Source: Macrostomum hystrix (lineage: Eukaryota; Animalia; Platyhelminthes). From it: 64,000 bases of DNA. Below the pieces are notes generated by a model. The model was given only the letters and a program-made list of their open reading frames with translations, searched no databases and was not told the DNA's origin. Where the stretch lies: assembly GCA_950097015.1 (NCBI GenBank), contig CATNEN010000038.1, positions 9,176,001-9,240,000 on the forward strand, given 5' to 3'. Positions 38,101 through 50,500 of this stretch are shown here, piece after piece; positions within the stretch are counted from its first letter, which is position 1; each line of letters opens with the position of its first letter. The position numbers were made by a program, and so were the translations under genes.

Positions 38101-41100
38101 TAGTTTACTTTGACTTTTGAAATACTTTTTATAATTTTAGGATTTTAACTGATACTTTCAGATTTTTATAGCAAATTTGTATTTTAAATATAATTCTATT
38201 GTATTTGTGTAATCAATAGATAACTATGTTGTCTGTCAGCAATTAGTTTGTCATTGACAAGTGGGTTTTCACTATAGAACAAATCAATGCACGATTAAAT
38301 GAAGGTGTACACCACCACATATGGTGTACACCAAACAATTGTATGCCAAGAACTACTCATTGTATACCAACTCCCAAAACTTTAGCTGTATGCCATATGC
38401 TAACAAGTAAAAAGAAAAAATGAATAAAATAAAAGTTAATCTAGAAGCAAAAACTACAACTTGGAAGTGTGTATGTTTTTTAATAATAAAATACAGCATA
38501 TACCTAGTTATCACAATTCAAAAAATGTAGGCAAACTTTACTTAAAGACAAGATTTATTAGTTTTATTTAACAGTCATGTAAGTTCACTTGTGACTTCGT
38601 GTTCGTGTATGCCAAGTGGATACTATGCTATTCATCTGCTATAATATGCCAGGTTGAAACGGTTGAACAGCTGCATACACCAAATGAATCAGAACATTCT
38701 CATTCTCATTTACGGCACAGCTTTATTAAACCTTATATTTACAAATAGAAAACAAAAAAATTGGTGCACTTCAGTGAAAGTAAATACAAAAAGTTCATAA
38801 ACTTATCATACCTCTTTTTAATAAATTCTTGTAACCTAGCGTGTCTACTACCTGTCACTGGAATTCTACATGGGCCGCACCTTGACCAACACGATGGCTA
38901 ATCTGGGCCTAACCCAGGCTATTGAAGAGGCCTTGTACCAGCTGGGATTAGACCTAGAGGATCTAGAAGAGATTGAAGACGACGCTGGGCTTGGCAACGG
39001 TGGCCTCGGCCGTCTGGCTGCCTGCTTCCTAGATTCCATGGCAACGCTTGGTCTTGCTGCTCACGGCTACGGCATTCGCTACGACTATGGCATCTTCCAG
39101 CAGAAGATTGCAGACGGATGGCAGGTAGGGCAACGATTTCTTCACAATGGATCATGTAACCTGTTTGGCTGGGAGGTGTTCTCGGGTCTGCATAATCGAT
39201 AAAGGCATAAAAGCCTATCTATTTTAAAAAAATAGGAAATTTAAAAAGTGACAAGAAATTTCTTAAAACAACAGCGAAGCGACTGAATATACCTGGCCTA
39301 TTTATTTACTTATTTGTCAAACAAAACACAGGTTGAAGAACCCGACGAATGGCTGCGCTTTGGCAACCCCTGGGAGAAGGCCCGCCCGGAGTATCAGCTG
39401 CCTGTCAACTTCGGTGGCCGAGTTGAGACAGGGCCAGGCGGTTCTAAGAGATGGGTGGACACGCAGACAGTGCTGGCTATGCCTTATGATATGCCTGTGC
39501 CTGGGTGAGTGTCTCTGTCTAATTTTTGGATTGTGACAAACACTCTGATTCTAGATAATTAATGACTTAGATCTACAAATTCACGTCAAAATTCAATTGG
39601 CAGCCCTCGACAATCATACGTTGTACTCACATTGAAACTATTTGCTTATTACTTCTAGACATTGAAGTGAGGTACGAAAATTAAATAATATGCAGAATGA
39701 TATAGACATTGGCATGATATTGACATGTATGTAAATATATTTCGTAAAATCCTACATCCTATGAATTATTTCTGTTTACCCCATAACCCCATATAACAAG
39801 GAGATATTACCTGAGGGGATCACCGTATGATGGGGTCATCTTCCTCTCGGCTTTTCCTCTCGGAGGCTCCTTCCATAATCCCCATGACTATATAAAAAGA
39901 AAATCAACTATACATAATATGCAACATAAGACTCAAAACTGAGTCTGTCTAAGAAGGATACAAGTGAAATCTGATCCTGTTAGATCCGTCCTGAACAGTT
40001 GAGAAACAAGTGGATAAAAAACCGGATTAGTTTCCCGACAAAAAACTACTCTCGTCCGGAGGGCGTCCGGAATTCGCTTCGGTTTTTGTACACTTTTAGA
40101 CTGGTTAATATTCCGGGCGAAAACCGGATGGAAAATGTTGGCAAAAAAACTTTTGATCTTTCGGAGAATCCTCCGGATTTTGATCCGGAAAAAACCGCTA
40201 AAACCGGACAATAATGGCTCAAATCCGGACGAAACCGGGCGTTTAGGCCAGGCGGGTCAGATAGACGATTGCGTAGCTATTGAAATAGGGCTAGCCAGTA
40301 GCGGGCCTCCCTTTTCTGTTATTACGAGTACGAGTTATTCGTCTCATCCCTGATTTATATCCCAGCTACGGCAACAACAACTGCAACACGCTGCGGTTGT
40401 GGACCGCCCGGGCTCCGCAGAGCTTCAATCTGCACTCGTTTAACATGGGCGAGTACATCTCAGCTGTGTGCGATCGCAATCAAGCCGAAAATATTAGCCG
40501 AGTTCTATATCCGAATGACAATTTCTTCGAGGGCAAGGAGCTGCGACTCAAGCAGGAATACTTCCTGGTAGCCGCCACTCTGCAAGATATTATCCGGCGA
40601 TTCAGGAATTCCAAATCTTACAAATCCAACTTTGACAATTTTGCCAACAAAGTGGCCATCCAACTGAATGACACTCATCCAAGTCTGGCCATTCCGGAAC
40701 TGATGCGCATTTTTTTAGACCACGAAAAACTTGCCTGGGATACCGCCTGGAACATATGCCTGGCAACTTTTGCCTACACCAATCACACCATATTGCCCGA
40801 AGCCTTGGAGCGCTGGCCAGTGCAAACTCTGGCCAAATGCCTGCCTAGGTGAGTAGACTCACTAGAGCCATCGGGGGGACTACTCTTATTAATTAGAGCT
40901 TTAGACTAACAAGCCTACAATTGTAGCTGAGTAATTTAGACTGATAATCTGCTGTGTGACAGAATGAGTGCCAATCTACTGTGTGACAGAATGAGTGCCA
41001 ATCTGCTGTGTGACAGAATGAGTGCCAATCTACTGTGTGACAGAATGAGTGCCAATCTGCTGTGTGACAGAATGAGTGCCAATCTACTGTGTGACAGAAT

Positions 41101-44100
41101 GAGAGTGCCAATCTACTGTGTGACAGAATGAGTGACAATCTCTTGTGTGACAGAATGAGAGTGCCAATCTACTGTGTGACAGAATGAGAGTGCCAATCTA
41201 CTGTGTGACAGAATGAGTGCCAATCTACTGTGTGACAGAATGAGAGTGCCAATCTACTGTGTGACAGAATGAGAGTGCCAATCTACTGTGTGACAGAATG
41301 AGAGTGCCAATCTACTGTGTGACAGAATGAGAGTGCCAATCTACTGTGTGACAGAATGAGAGTGCCAATCTACTGTGTGACAGAATGAGAGTGCCAATCT
41401 ACTGTGTGACAGAATGAGAGTGCCAATCTACTGTGTGACAGAATGAGAGTGCCAATCTACTGTGTGACAGAATGAGTGCCAATCTACTGTGTGACAGAAT
41501 GAGAGTGCCAATCTACTGTGTGACAGAATGAGAGTGCCAATCTACGGTGTGACAGAATGAGTGCCAATCTACTGTGTGACAGAATGAGTGCCAATCTACT
41601 GTGTGACAGAATGAGAGTGCCAATCTACTGTGTGACAGAATGAGTGACAATCTCTTGTGTGACAGAATGAGAGTGCCAATCTACTGTGTGACAGAATGAG
41701 AGTGCCAATCTACTGTGTGACAGAATGAGTGACAATCTACTGTGTGACAGAATGAGAGTGCCAATCTACTGTGTGACACAATGAGAGTGCCAATCTACTG
41801 TGTGACAGAATGAGTGCCAATCTACTGTGTGACAGAATGAGAGTGCCAATCTACTGTGTGACAGAATGAGAGTGCCAATCTACTGTGTGACAGAATGAGA
41901 GTGCCAATCTACTGTGTGACAGAATGAGTGCCAATCTACTGTGTGACAGAATGAGTGCCAATCTGCTGTGTGACAGAATGAGTGCCAATCTACTGTGTGA
42001 CAGAATGAGAGTGCCAATCTACTGTGTGACAGAATGAGTGCCAATCTACTGTGTGACAGAATGAGTGCCAATCTACTGTGTGACAGAATGAGAGTGCCAA
42101 TCTACTGTGTGACAGAATGAGTGATAATCTACTGTGTGACAGAATGAGAGTGCCAATCTACTGTGTGACTGAATGAGTGCCAATCTACTGTGTGACAGAA
42201 TGAGAGTGCCAATCTACTGTGTGACAGAATGAGAGTGCCAATCTACTGTGTGACAGAATGAGTGACAATCTACTGTGTGACAGAATGAGAGTGCCAATCT
42301 ACTGTGTGACAGAATGAGAGTGCCAATCTACTGTGTGACAGAATGAGTGCCAATCTACTGTGTGACAGAATGAGAGTGCCAATCTACTGTGTGACAGAAT
42401 GAGAGTGCCAATCTACTGTGTGACAGAATGAGAGTGCCAATCTACTGTGTGACAGAATGAGAGTGCCAATCTACTGTGCGACAGAATGAGAGTGCCAATC
42501 TACTGTGTGACAGAATGAGTGACAATCTCTTGTGTGACAGAATGAGAGTGCCAATCTACTGTGTGACAGAATGAGAGTGCCAATCTACTGTGTGACAGAA
42601 TGAGTGCCAATCTACTGTGTGACAGAATGAGAGTGCCAATCTACTGTGTGACAGAATGAGAGTGCCAATCTACTGTGTGACAGAATGAGTGCCAATCTAC
42701 TGTGTGACAGAATGAGAGTGCCAATCTACTGTGTGACAGAATGAGTGCCAATCTACTGTGTGACAGAATGAGAGTGCCAATCTACTGTGTGACAGAATGA
42801 GTGCCAATCTACTGTGTGACAGAATGAGAGTGCCAATCTACTGTGTGACAGAATGAGAGTGCCAATCTACTGTGTGACAGAATGAGAGTGCCAATCTACT
42901 GTGTGACAGAATGAGAGTGCCAATCTACTGTGTGACAGAATGAGTGCCAATCTACTGTGTGACAGAATGAGAGTGCCAATCTACTGTGTGACAGAATGAG
43001 AGTGCCAATCTACGGTGTGACAGAATGAGTGCCAATCTACTGTGTGACAGAATGAGTGCCAATCTACTGTGTGACAGAATGAGAGTGCCAATCTACTGTG
43101 TGACAGAATGAGTGACAATCTCTTGTGTGACAGAATGAGAGTGCCAATCTACTGTGTGACAGAATGAGAGTGCCAATCTACTGTGTGACAGAATGAGTGC
43201 CAATCTACTGTGTGACAGAATGAGTGCCAATCTACTGTGTGACAGAATGAGTGCCAATCTACTGTGTGACAGAATGAGTGCCAATCTAATTTGTGACAGA
43301 ATGAGAGTGACAATCTACTGTGTGACAGAATGAGAGTGCCAATCTACTGTGTGACAGAATGAGAGTGCCAATCTACTGTGTGACAGAATGAGAGTGACAA
43401 TCTACTGTGTGACAGAATGAGAGTGACAATCTACTGTGTGACAGAATGAGTGCCAATCTACTGTGTGACAGAATGAGAGTGACAATCTACTGTGTGACAG
43501 AATGAGTGCCAATCTAATTTGTGACAGAATGAGAGTGACAATCTACTGTGTGACAGAATGAGAGTGCCAATCTACTGTGTGACAGAATGAGAGTGACAAT
43601 CTACTGTGTGACAGAATGAGAGTGCCAGTCAGCTGTGTGACAGAACTAGAGTGTATTCTACTATCAGATCTAATTGAAGTTCACAACTGTTTTTCACAAC
43701 TCATTTTCTCAACACTTCAGGCACCTTGAGATAATCTACGAGATCAACCAGCGCTTCCTTGATTTCGTGTCCCAGCGTTATCCTGGCGACTTGGATCGTC
43801 TTCGCCGCATGAGCCTAGTTGAAGAGGATGGCTGCAAGCGTATCAATATGGCCTATCTGTGTGTTGTTGGCAGCCACGCTGTTAATGGGGTCGCCAGGTC
43901 AGTAATTAAAGCATGCAGTATGTGCGCTTAATCTGCTAGTATTGCATCCTCTGACTATTAAAAATTCGTCTGTCACTGTTTAAGAAAATGTTTTTTTCTG
44001 CCTAGGATCCACTCGGATCTGATCAAGCAGCATGTGTTCAAGGATTTCTACGAGCTCTGGCCTCAGCGCTTTCAGAACAAGACCAACGGCATTACGCCGC

Positions 44101-46541
44101 GCCGATGGCTGTTGCTATGCAATCCGGGCCTTAGCGACCTGCTCATAGACAAGATTGGTTCGGCCTGGATCACTGATCTTGACAAGCTGCGAACCCTGGG
44201 CGATTACCGCGACAATGAGCATGTGCTCCACGAGCTGCTCAAAGTGAAGTCGCAGGCTAAGCGCAAATTTTCCGACTTTGTAATGCGAGAGTTCAAGATT
44301 AAAATAGATCCGTCCAGTATGTTCGATATTCAAGTGAGCTATGGACTGCGTACTTTTAGATGGCTTGAAGTACAATGTACTCTTGTGGTTCTTGCACTAA
44401 GTTCAGATAACGGATTTGGTTAGCCTGAATTAATTTATTCTTATTAATTCAAATTCTGAGTATATTATATCCTCAATCGCAGGTAAAACGCATTCACGAG
44501 TACAAACGGCAGTTGCTTAACTGTCTCCACGTCATCAACCTGTACAACCGCATCCGAGATAATCCCAAGGTCGCATTAGTGCCACGCACAGTCATGATTG
44601 GCGGCAAAGCTGCGCCCGGCTATCACATGGCCAAGCTCATCATCAAACTGATTAATTCGATTGCCAAGGTGATTAACAACGACCCGGTTGTCGGCAACCG
44701 TCTCCGTGTGCTATTCCTAGAAAACTATCGGGTCAGCCTAGCCGAAAAGATCTTCCCGGCTGCCGACCTGTCCGAGCAGATCAGCACGGCTGGCACGGAG
44801 GCGTCGGGCACAGGCAATATGAAGTTCATGCTGAACGGCGCCCTCACCATTGGCACCATGGACGGAGCCAATGTGGAGATGTGCGAGGAGATGGGCAAGG
44901 AGAACATGTTCGTGTTCGGCATGTCCGTAGAGGAGGTGCAGGCGCTGTCTCGCCGCGGCTACAATCCAGCGGATTATTATCGCTCCATTCCGCAGCTGCG
45001 CCGTTGCCTAGATATGATACGTGACGGCTTCTTCTCGCCGGAAAATCCCAGCCTGTTCAGGGACATCTTCGAAAGTCTGGTCTATCACGACCGTTTCATG
45101 CTGCTAGCCGACTTCGAGGACTATGTGCGAGCCCAGGACCTGGCTGCCGCCACCTTCGCGGTGAGTGTCACCCCGATTGCTTCTGGGCTACTAGCGGCTG
45201 ACCTAAAGATTAAAGACTCTTTGCTTAGAGAAGAATAGAACATACACTGTGGAGTTTCTGCAAACTTGTGAGGTCGAAGTTTCTTCGTCGACGTACCCGA
45301 ATTTCTATCACCAATTGTTTCCGTTCCGCTGAGAATCGAACTCCTGACCTCTAGATCAAAATTCCAGAACCTTAAACACTGGACTACAAGCTCTCCTTGA
45401 TTTCAGGGTACTAGATTTTAATGTGTGTTAATTACCCGAGAATTAAAAGTATATATAAAGCTGATAGATTAGCCGAGGATTAGTGGACTATAAAGCTGAT
45501 AGATTAGCCGAGGATTAGTGGATCATAAAGCTGATAGATTAGCCGAGGATTAGTGGATCATAAAGCTGATAGATTAGCCGAGGATTAGTGGACCATAAGG
45601 CTGATAGATTAGCCGAGGATTAGTGGATCATAAAGCTGATAGATTAGCCGAGGATTAGTGGACTATAAAGCTGATAGATTAGCTGAGGATTAGTGGACTA
45701 TAAAGCTAATAGATTAGCCGAGGATTAGTGGATTGTAAAGCTGATAGATTAGCCGAAGATTAGTGGACTATAAAGCTGATAGATTAGCCGAGGATTAGTG
45801 GACTATAAAGCTGATAGATTAGCCGAAGATTAGTGGATTGTAAAGCTGATAGATTAGCCGAAGATTAGTGGACTATAAAGCTGATAGATTAGCCGAGGAT
45901 TAGTGGACTATAAAGCTGATAGATTAGCCGAGGATTAGTGGATCATAAAGCTGATAGATTAGCCGAGGATTAGTGGATCATAAAGCTGATAGATTAGCCG
46001 AGGATTAGTGGACCATAAGGCTGATAGATTAGCCGAGGATTAGTGGATCATAAAGCTGATAGATTAGCCGAGGATTAGTGGACTATAAAGCTGATAGATT
46101 AGCTGAGGATTAGTGGACTATAAAGCTAATAGATTAGCCGAGGATTAGTGGACTATAAAGCTGATAGATTAGCCGAGGATTAGTAACTAAAAACACTTAC
46201 GGATTACCTGAGGATTAGTAGTTTAAAGTACTTACAGATTACCTGAGGGTTGGTGGATTATAAAGCTTGAAAGTTGAATGAACAGAAGATTAGTGGATTA
46301 GCTGCGAAGGCTGCTATCTCACCAGAGAAATCCTCGTTTCGCTGACTCGCAGGACCAGGTCAAGTGGTCTCGGATGTGCCTGCTGAACATCGCCGCCGCT
46401 GGCAAGTTCTCGTCCGACCGCACCATCAGCGAATACGCCCGCGACATCTGGGGCGTGGATCCGCACGGCATCAAGCTGCCAGAGCCGCACGAGGCGCCGG
46501 CCGGTGGCCAAAGCAGCAGAGCCAGCGAGGAGGCTAACTGA
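35180..46541 (+). CDS. PYG: Glycogen phosphorylase (~857 aa, 8 exons)
   Basis: Exons 35180-35440, 38840-39124, 39332-39504, 40366-40848, 43721-43897, 44006-44333, 44483-45160 and 46353-46541 join in frame (2574 nt). Motifs KRKGLSIRG (phospho-Ser14 region), [68 protein letters not shown] (PLP Lys), KFSSDRTI. Confidence 0.97.
35801..36087. mobile_element. hAT-like MITE
   Basis: TIR CATACATGCGCAAC / GTTGCACATGTATG; 8-bp TSD TTATTAGG at 35793-35800 and 36088-36095. Confidence 0.8.
36140..37302. mobile_element. Older foldback/MITE interrupted by the hAT MITE below
   Basis: ~70-bp inverted repeat (TTCCTAGTTTCGCATGTTTAATTATTTTCTGT.TGAAATCA) at ~36210-36280 and ~37160-37232. Outer TACAGTA/TACTGTA ends are tentative. 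Confidence 0.6.
36298..36977. mobile_element. hAT-like MITE
   Basis: TIR TAGAGTCTGACCAAG / CTTGGTTGGACTCTA; 8-bp TSD TTGCAGAG / TTACAGAG; subterminal ACTTGA repeats. Confidence 0.8.
40945..43645. repeat. 27/29-bp minisatellite CTGTGTGACAGAATGAG(AG)TGCCAATCTA, ~2.7 kb (PYG intron 4)
   Basis: About 95 tandem copies in two length variants. Confidence 0.97.
45455..46185. repeat. 35-bp minisatellite ATAAAGCTGATAGATTAGCCGAGGATTAGTGGACT, ~21 copies (PYG intron 7)
   Basis: Direct tandem repeats. Confidence 0.95.
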
Positions 46542-46959
46542 ATTTGATTTGCACTTTAGTAATTTGACTTCTCTATCTATGAGACAACTGAACTGTTGTA
46601 AGGCTAGACTTGTAGGTTTTTCTAACTCAAAGCTGTCAGTCCTTTCATTCAGCATTGAAATATTTCAAATTCCAAACAACCTTTTTGTTTTATTCCGGAA
46701 AAGCGTCCTTTTTGTTTATTTTATTTTTATATTTATTATTATCTGTTGCCGTCTGGTGGCAGAGAAATGCATTGAAATACTAGTAAAAAAATATACAATT
46801 TCGCATTTTTATACTTCTTTAATTTTTAATAAAAAGACAAAAATCACACCGATTTACTTCTATTGTTAATGCAGAGCTTAGCAAATTATATCAATTTTGC
46901 CTAAGTTTTTTCAATTCTTAGTAGGAAGATTATAAGTTTATAAGCCACTACCTGAAACT

Positions 46960-47360
46960 CCCTTCCTGTCCTATCCATCCCTTCCTGTCCTATCCAACCC
47001 TTCCTGTCCTATCCATCCCTTCCTGTCCTATCCATCCCTTCCTGTCCTATCCATCCCTTCCTGTCCTATCCATCCCTTCCTGTCCTATCCATCCCTTCCC
47101 GTCCTATCCATCCCTTCCTGTCCTATCCATCCCTTCCCGTCCTATCCATCCCTTCCCGCCCTATCCATCCCTGCATCTCCCTTCCGTTCCTATCCATCCC
47201 TACATCTCTCTTTCCTACATCTCCCTTCCTGCCCTATTCATCTCTGCATCTCTCTTCCTGTCCTATACATCCTTACATCTTTCTTCCTGTCTTATCCATT
47301 ATAAGGCTATAGTAATTTCTGCATCTTCCTTCCTGTTTTATCCATCCCTACATCAATCTT
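46960..47360. repeat. 19-bp pyrimidine-rich minisatellite CCCTTCCTGTCCTATCCAT, decaying to the right
   Basis: Direct repeats between PYG and DHX33. Confidence 0.9.
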
Positions 47361-47537
47361 CCCTCCATCTCCCTCTTCAATCTCCCTTGCCGCTTGTGCC
47401 TTCCTGTCGCACATTTTAAGCCTAGATCTAGGTCCAATAGTTCAGGCTACTGAGGCGGCATTAGCCACAAAGCCACACTGCTAATTCTTTGACCCCGGAT
47501 TTGTTACGCAGGATCCTCTGTATTATCTCAGCCAATC

Positions 47538-50500
47538 ATGAGCAAGCAAAAAAAGCACCGACGGCACAAGCACGGTCACAGTGGCAATCACCAGCAACAG
47601 CAGCAGCAGCAGCATCATTTGCGTCACGCTGAGCATCAGTCAAAGAACAACAAAAAGCAGAAACTGCTGCTAAAGAGACTCAAACGTGAGCAGAGGCGCC
47701 AACCTGCCAGTTTGGTTGCCGCCAGACCGCAGCCTGCAGCGGCGCCAGAGCCCTCAGTGACGGCCCTGCGCGAGAATGACAGTCCCCTTCTGGTGGAGCG
47801 GCGCGGCCTGCCAATCTGGCAACACAGGCGCGACCTGCTGGGCCTCATTCGCCAGCACCGCTGCCTGGTCCTCATCTCCTCCACCGGCTCCGGCAAGAGC
47901 ACCCAGGTGCCGCAGTTTCTCTTAGAAGCCTCAGCGCCCGGCTCCGCTGCTCGGGTGGCCGTCACGCAGCCGCGCCGAATCGCCGCCATCAGCCTGGCAC
48001 AGCGGGTCGCCCAGGAGGCTGGCGGCGGCCCGCTCGGCACTGTGGTCGGATACAAGGTTAGCCTAGTGACAACCCAGATTCAAATTTCGTATTTTATCTT
48101 GGTCTTTAAATTTTACTCTCTCTTAAATTTTCACTTCTTAATACAAGTCACACTTAAAAGGACACAAACCGTCACTCTTGCCCTACTCCTAGTGTCACTC
48201 CTAGTGTTGACATAAGGTTTGGATTTAAAACACAAAGACTCATGTTGTTAAGTTGAATTGGCACTCCTAACAAAATGTTTACCCTAGCGCTGGTCTATTT
48301 GCAATGCCACTCAGTCTTATTTTTCTCCCTACAATTATTAAATTATCTTGATTGGCAGGTGCGCTTTGAAGAGTGTGTCCGGCCCACCACGGCCGTCACC
48401 TTCCTGACTGACGGTATGCTGCTGCGCGAGTCACTTCTGGATCCTCGGCTGACTCGCTACACTCACATTGTCTTGGACGAGGCCCACGAGAGAAGCCTGG
48501 CCACGGATCTATTATTCGGCGTAGTCAAACTGGCCATGGCACGACGACCGGAGCTCCGCGTGGTGGTCATGTCCGCGACGCTAGATCCGGAGCCGTTCTG
48601 CCGATTCTTCCCCGGTAGCAAGCTGGTGTACCTGACTGGTCAGTGCAGAGTCCCTACTTTATGGGCGTTTGATTCAGTGACTGGACAGCGAGTGTTGCAG
48701 TGACTGGACAGCCAGTGTTGCAGTGACTGGACAGCGAGTGTTGCAGTGACTGGACAGCCTGTGACTGCAACACTGCAGCGAGTGTTGCAGTGACTGGACA
48801 GCCTGTGACTGCAACACTGCAGCGAGTGTTGCAGTGACTGGACAGCGAGTGTTGCAGTGACTGGACAGCGAGTGTTGCAGTGACTGGACAGCCTGTGACT
48901 GCAACACTGCAGCGAGTGTTGCAGTGACTGGACAACCAGTGTTGCAGTGACTGGACAGCCAGTGTTGCAATGACTGGACAGCGAGTGTTGCAGTGACTAG
49001 ACAGACAGTGTTGCAGTGACTGGACAGCCAGTGTTGCAGTGACTGGACAGCGAGTGTTGCAGTGACTGGACAGCGAGTGTTGCAGTGACTGGACAGCCTG
49101 TGACTGCAACACTGCAGCGAGTGTTGCAGTGACTGGACAACCAGTGTTGCAGTGACTGGACAGCCAGTGTTGCAATGACTGGACAGCGAGTGTTGCAGTG
49201 ACTAGACAGACAGTGTTGCAGTGACTGGACAGCCAGTGTTGCAGTGACTGGACAGCCAGTGTTGCAATGACTGGACAGCGAGTGTTGCAGTGACTAGACA
49301 GACAGTGTTGCAGTGACTGGACAGCCAGTGTTTCAGTGACTGGACAGCGAGTGTTTCAGTGACTGGACAGCGAGTGTTGCAGTGACTGGACAGCCAGTGT
49401 TGCAGTGACTGGACAGCGAGTGTTGCAGCGACTGGACAGCGAGTGTTGCAGTGACTTGAGCAATCCTTCTTCGCCGCAGGTCGCCAGTACCCCATCGAGC
49501 TGATGTCGGTGGACCGTCCAGTGTCGGACTACCTGTCCGCCGCCCTAGTAGCGGTGCTGCAGCTGCACCGCAGTCGGCCGCTGCGCCCAACCCACGACAT
49601 CCTGGTCTTCCTCACCGGCGAGGATGACATCGCCGAATTGCGCCACCTGCTGCGTCAGGCGTCACAGGAGCTTCTGAGCGGCTCCAACGGCTCCGCGTCC
49701 AGCGTCGGCGGCCTGCTGCCTCTCCCGCTCTACGCCGCCCTGCCGGCCAGTCTGCAGCTGAAGGCGCTGACTCCTTTGGAGGACAGCGGCGACAAGCCCG
49801 TGCGAAAGGTTGGTTTCGTAGCTTTAATGTGCAACTGATTGAGAGCTAGCATTATTATTGATTCGTTTCTTAAACAATTTAACAAGGAGCCTAACAAACA
49901 ACAGTTTCGTTCGATTCCTATTGTAATTAATTATTTTGCTATGAATCTGACGAGGAACCTGCCAATCAATTATTTAGATAGATTCCTGCCCTCGTACATT
50001 TTTATAAAAGATTCCTTTGTTAGGATTTTTTTCAGTTGGTTCTTGTTTAGAATTCGAACAAAAACCGCCGAAAAAGTGATTGAATTATTGAGCCCATCTC
50101 GCTAATTTGTGCAGGTCATCCTGGCCACCAACCTGGCCGAGTCTTCACTCACCATACCCGGAGTGCGCTGCGTTGTTGACTGCGGCCGGGCTAAGGTTCG
50201 TTCAGCAGCCTCTGGCGGCGCCCAGCAGTGGGTTGAGCGCCTCTCCGTGGAGCGAATCAGCCAGGCCCAGGCGTGGCAGCGGGCCGGCCGGGCCGCCCGT
50301 CAGGCTCCCGGTTGCTGCCATCGGCTCTACACCAACGCCGAACTGATGACCGAGATGCCGGAGCAGCCGGTGCCGGAGCTGCTCCGAGCCAACCTGGGCA
50401 CTGCCCTGCTCAGCCTGCTGGGCGTCGGCGCCCGACGACCGGAAGATTTTCCGCTGCTCGACCCGCTGCCGGCTGACAGCGTTTCTGCCGGCCTGGCTGC

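Noticed and set aside
39990-40250. CCGG-rich segment as a MITE in PYG intron 3
   Set aside because: It looks like transposon subterminal repeats, but no TIR/TSD pair could be defined.
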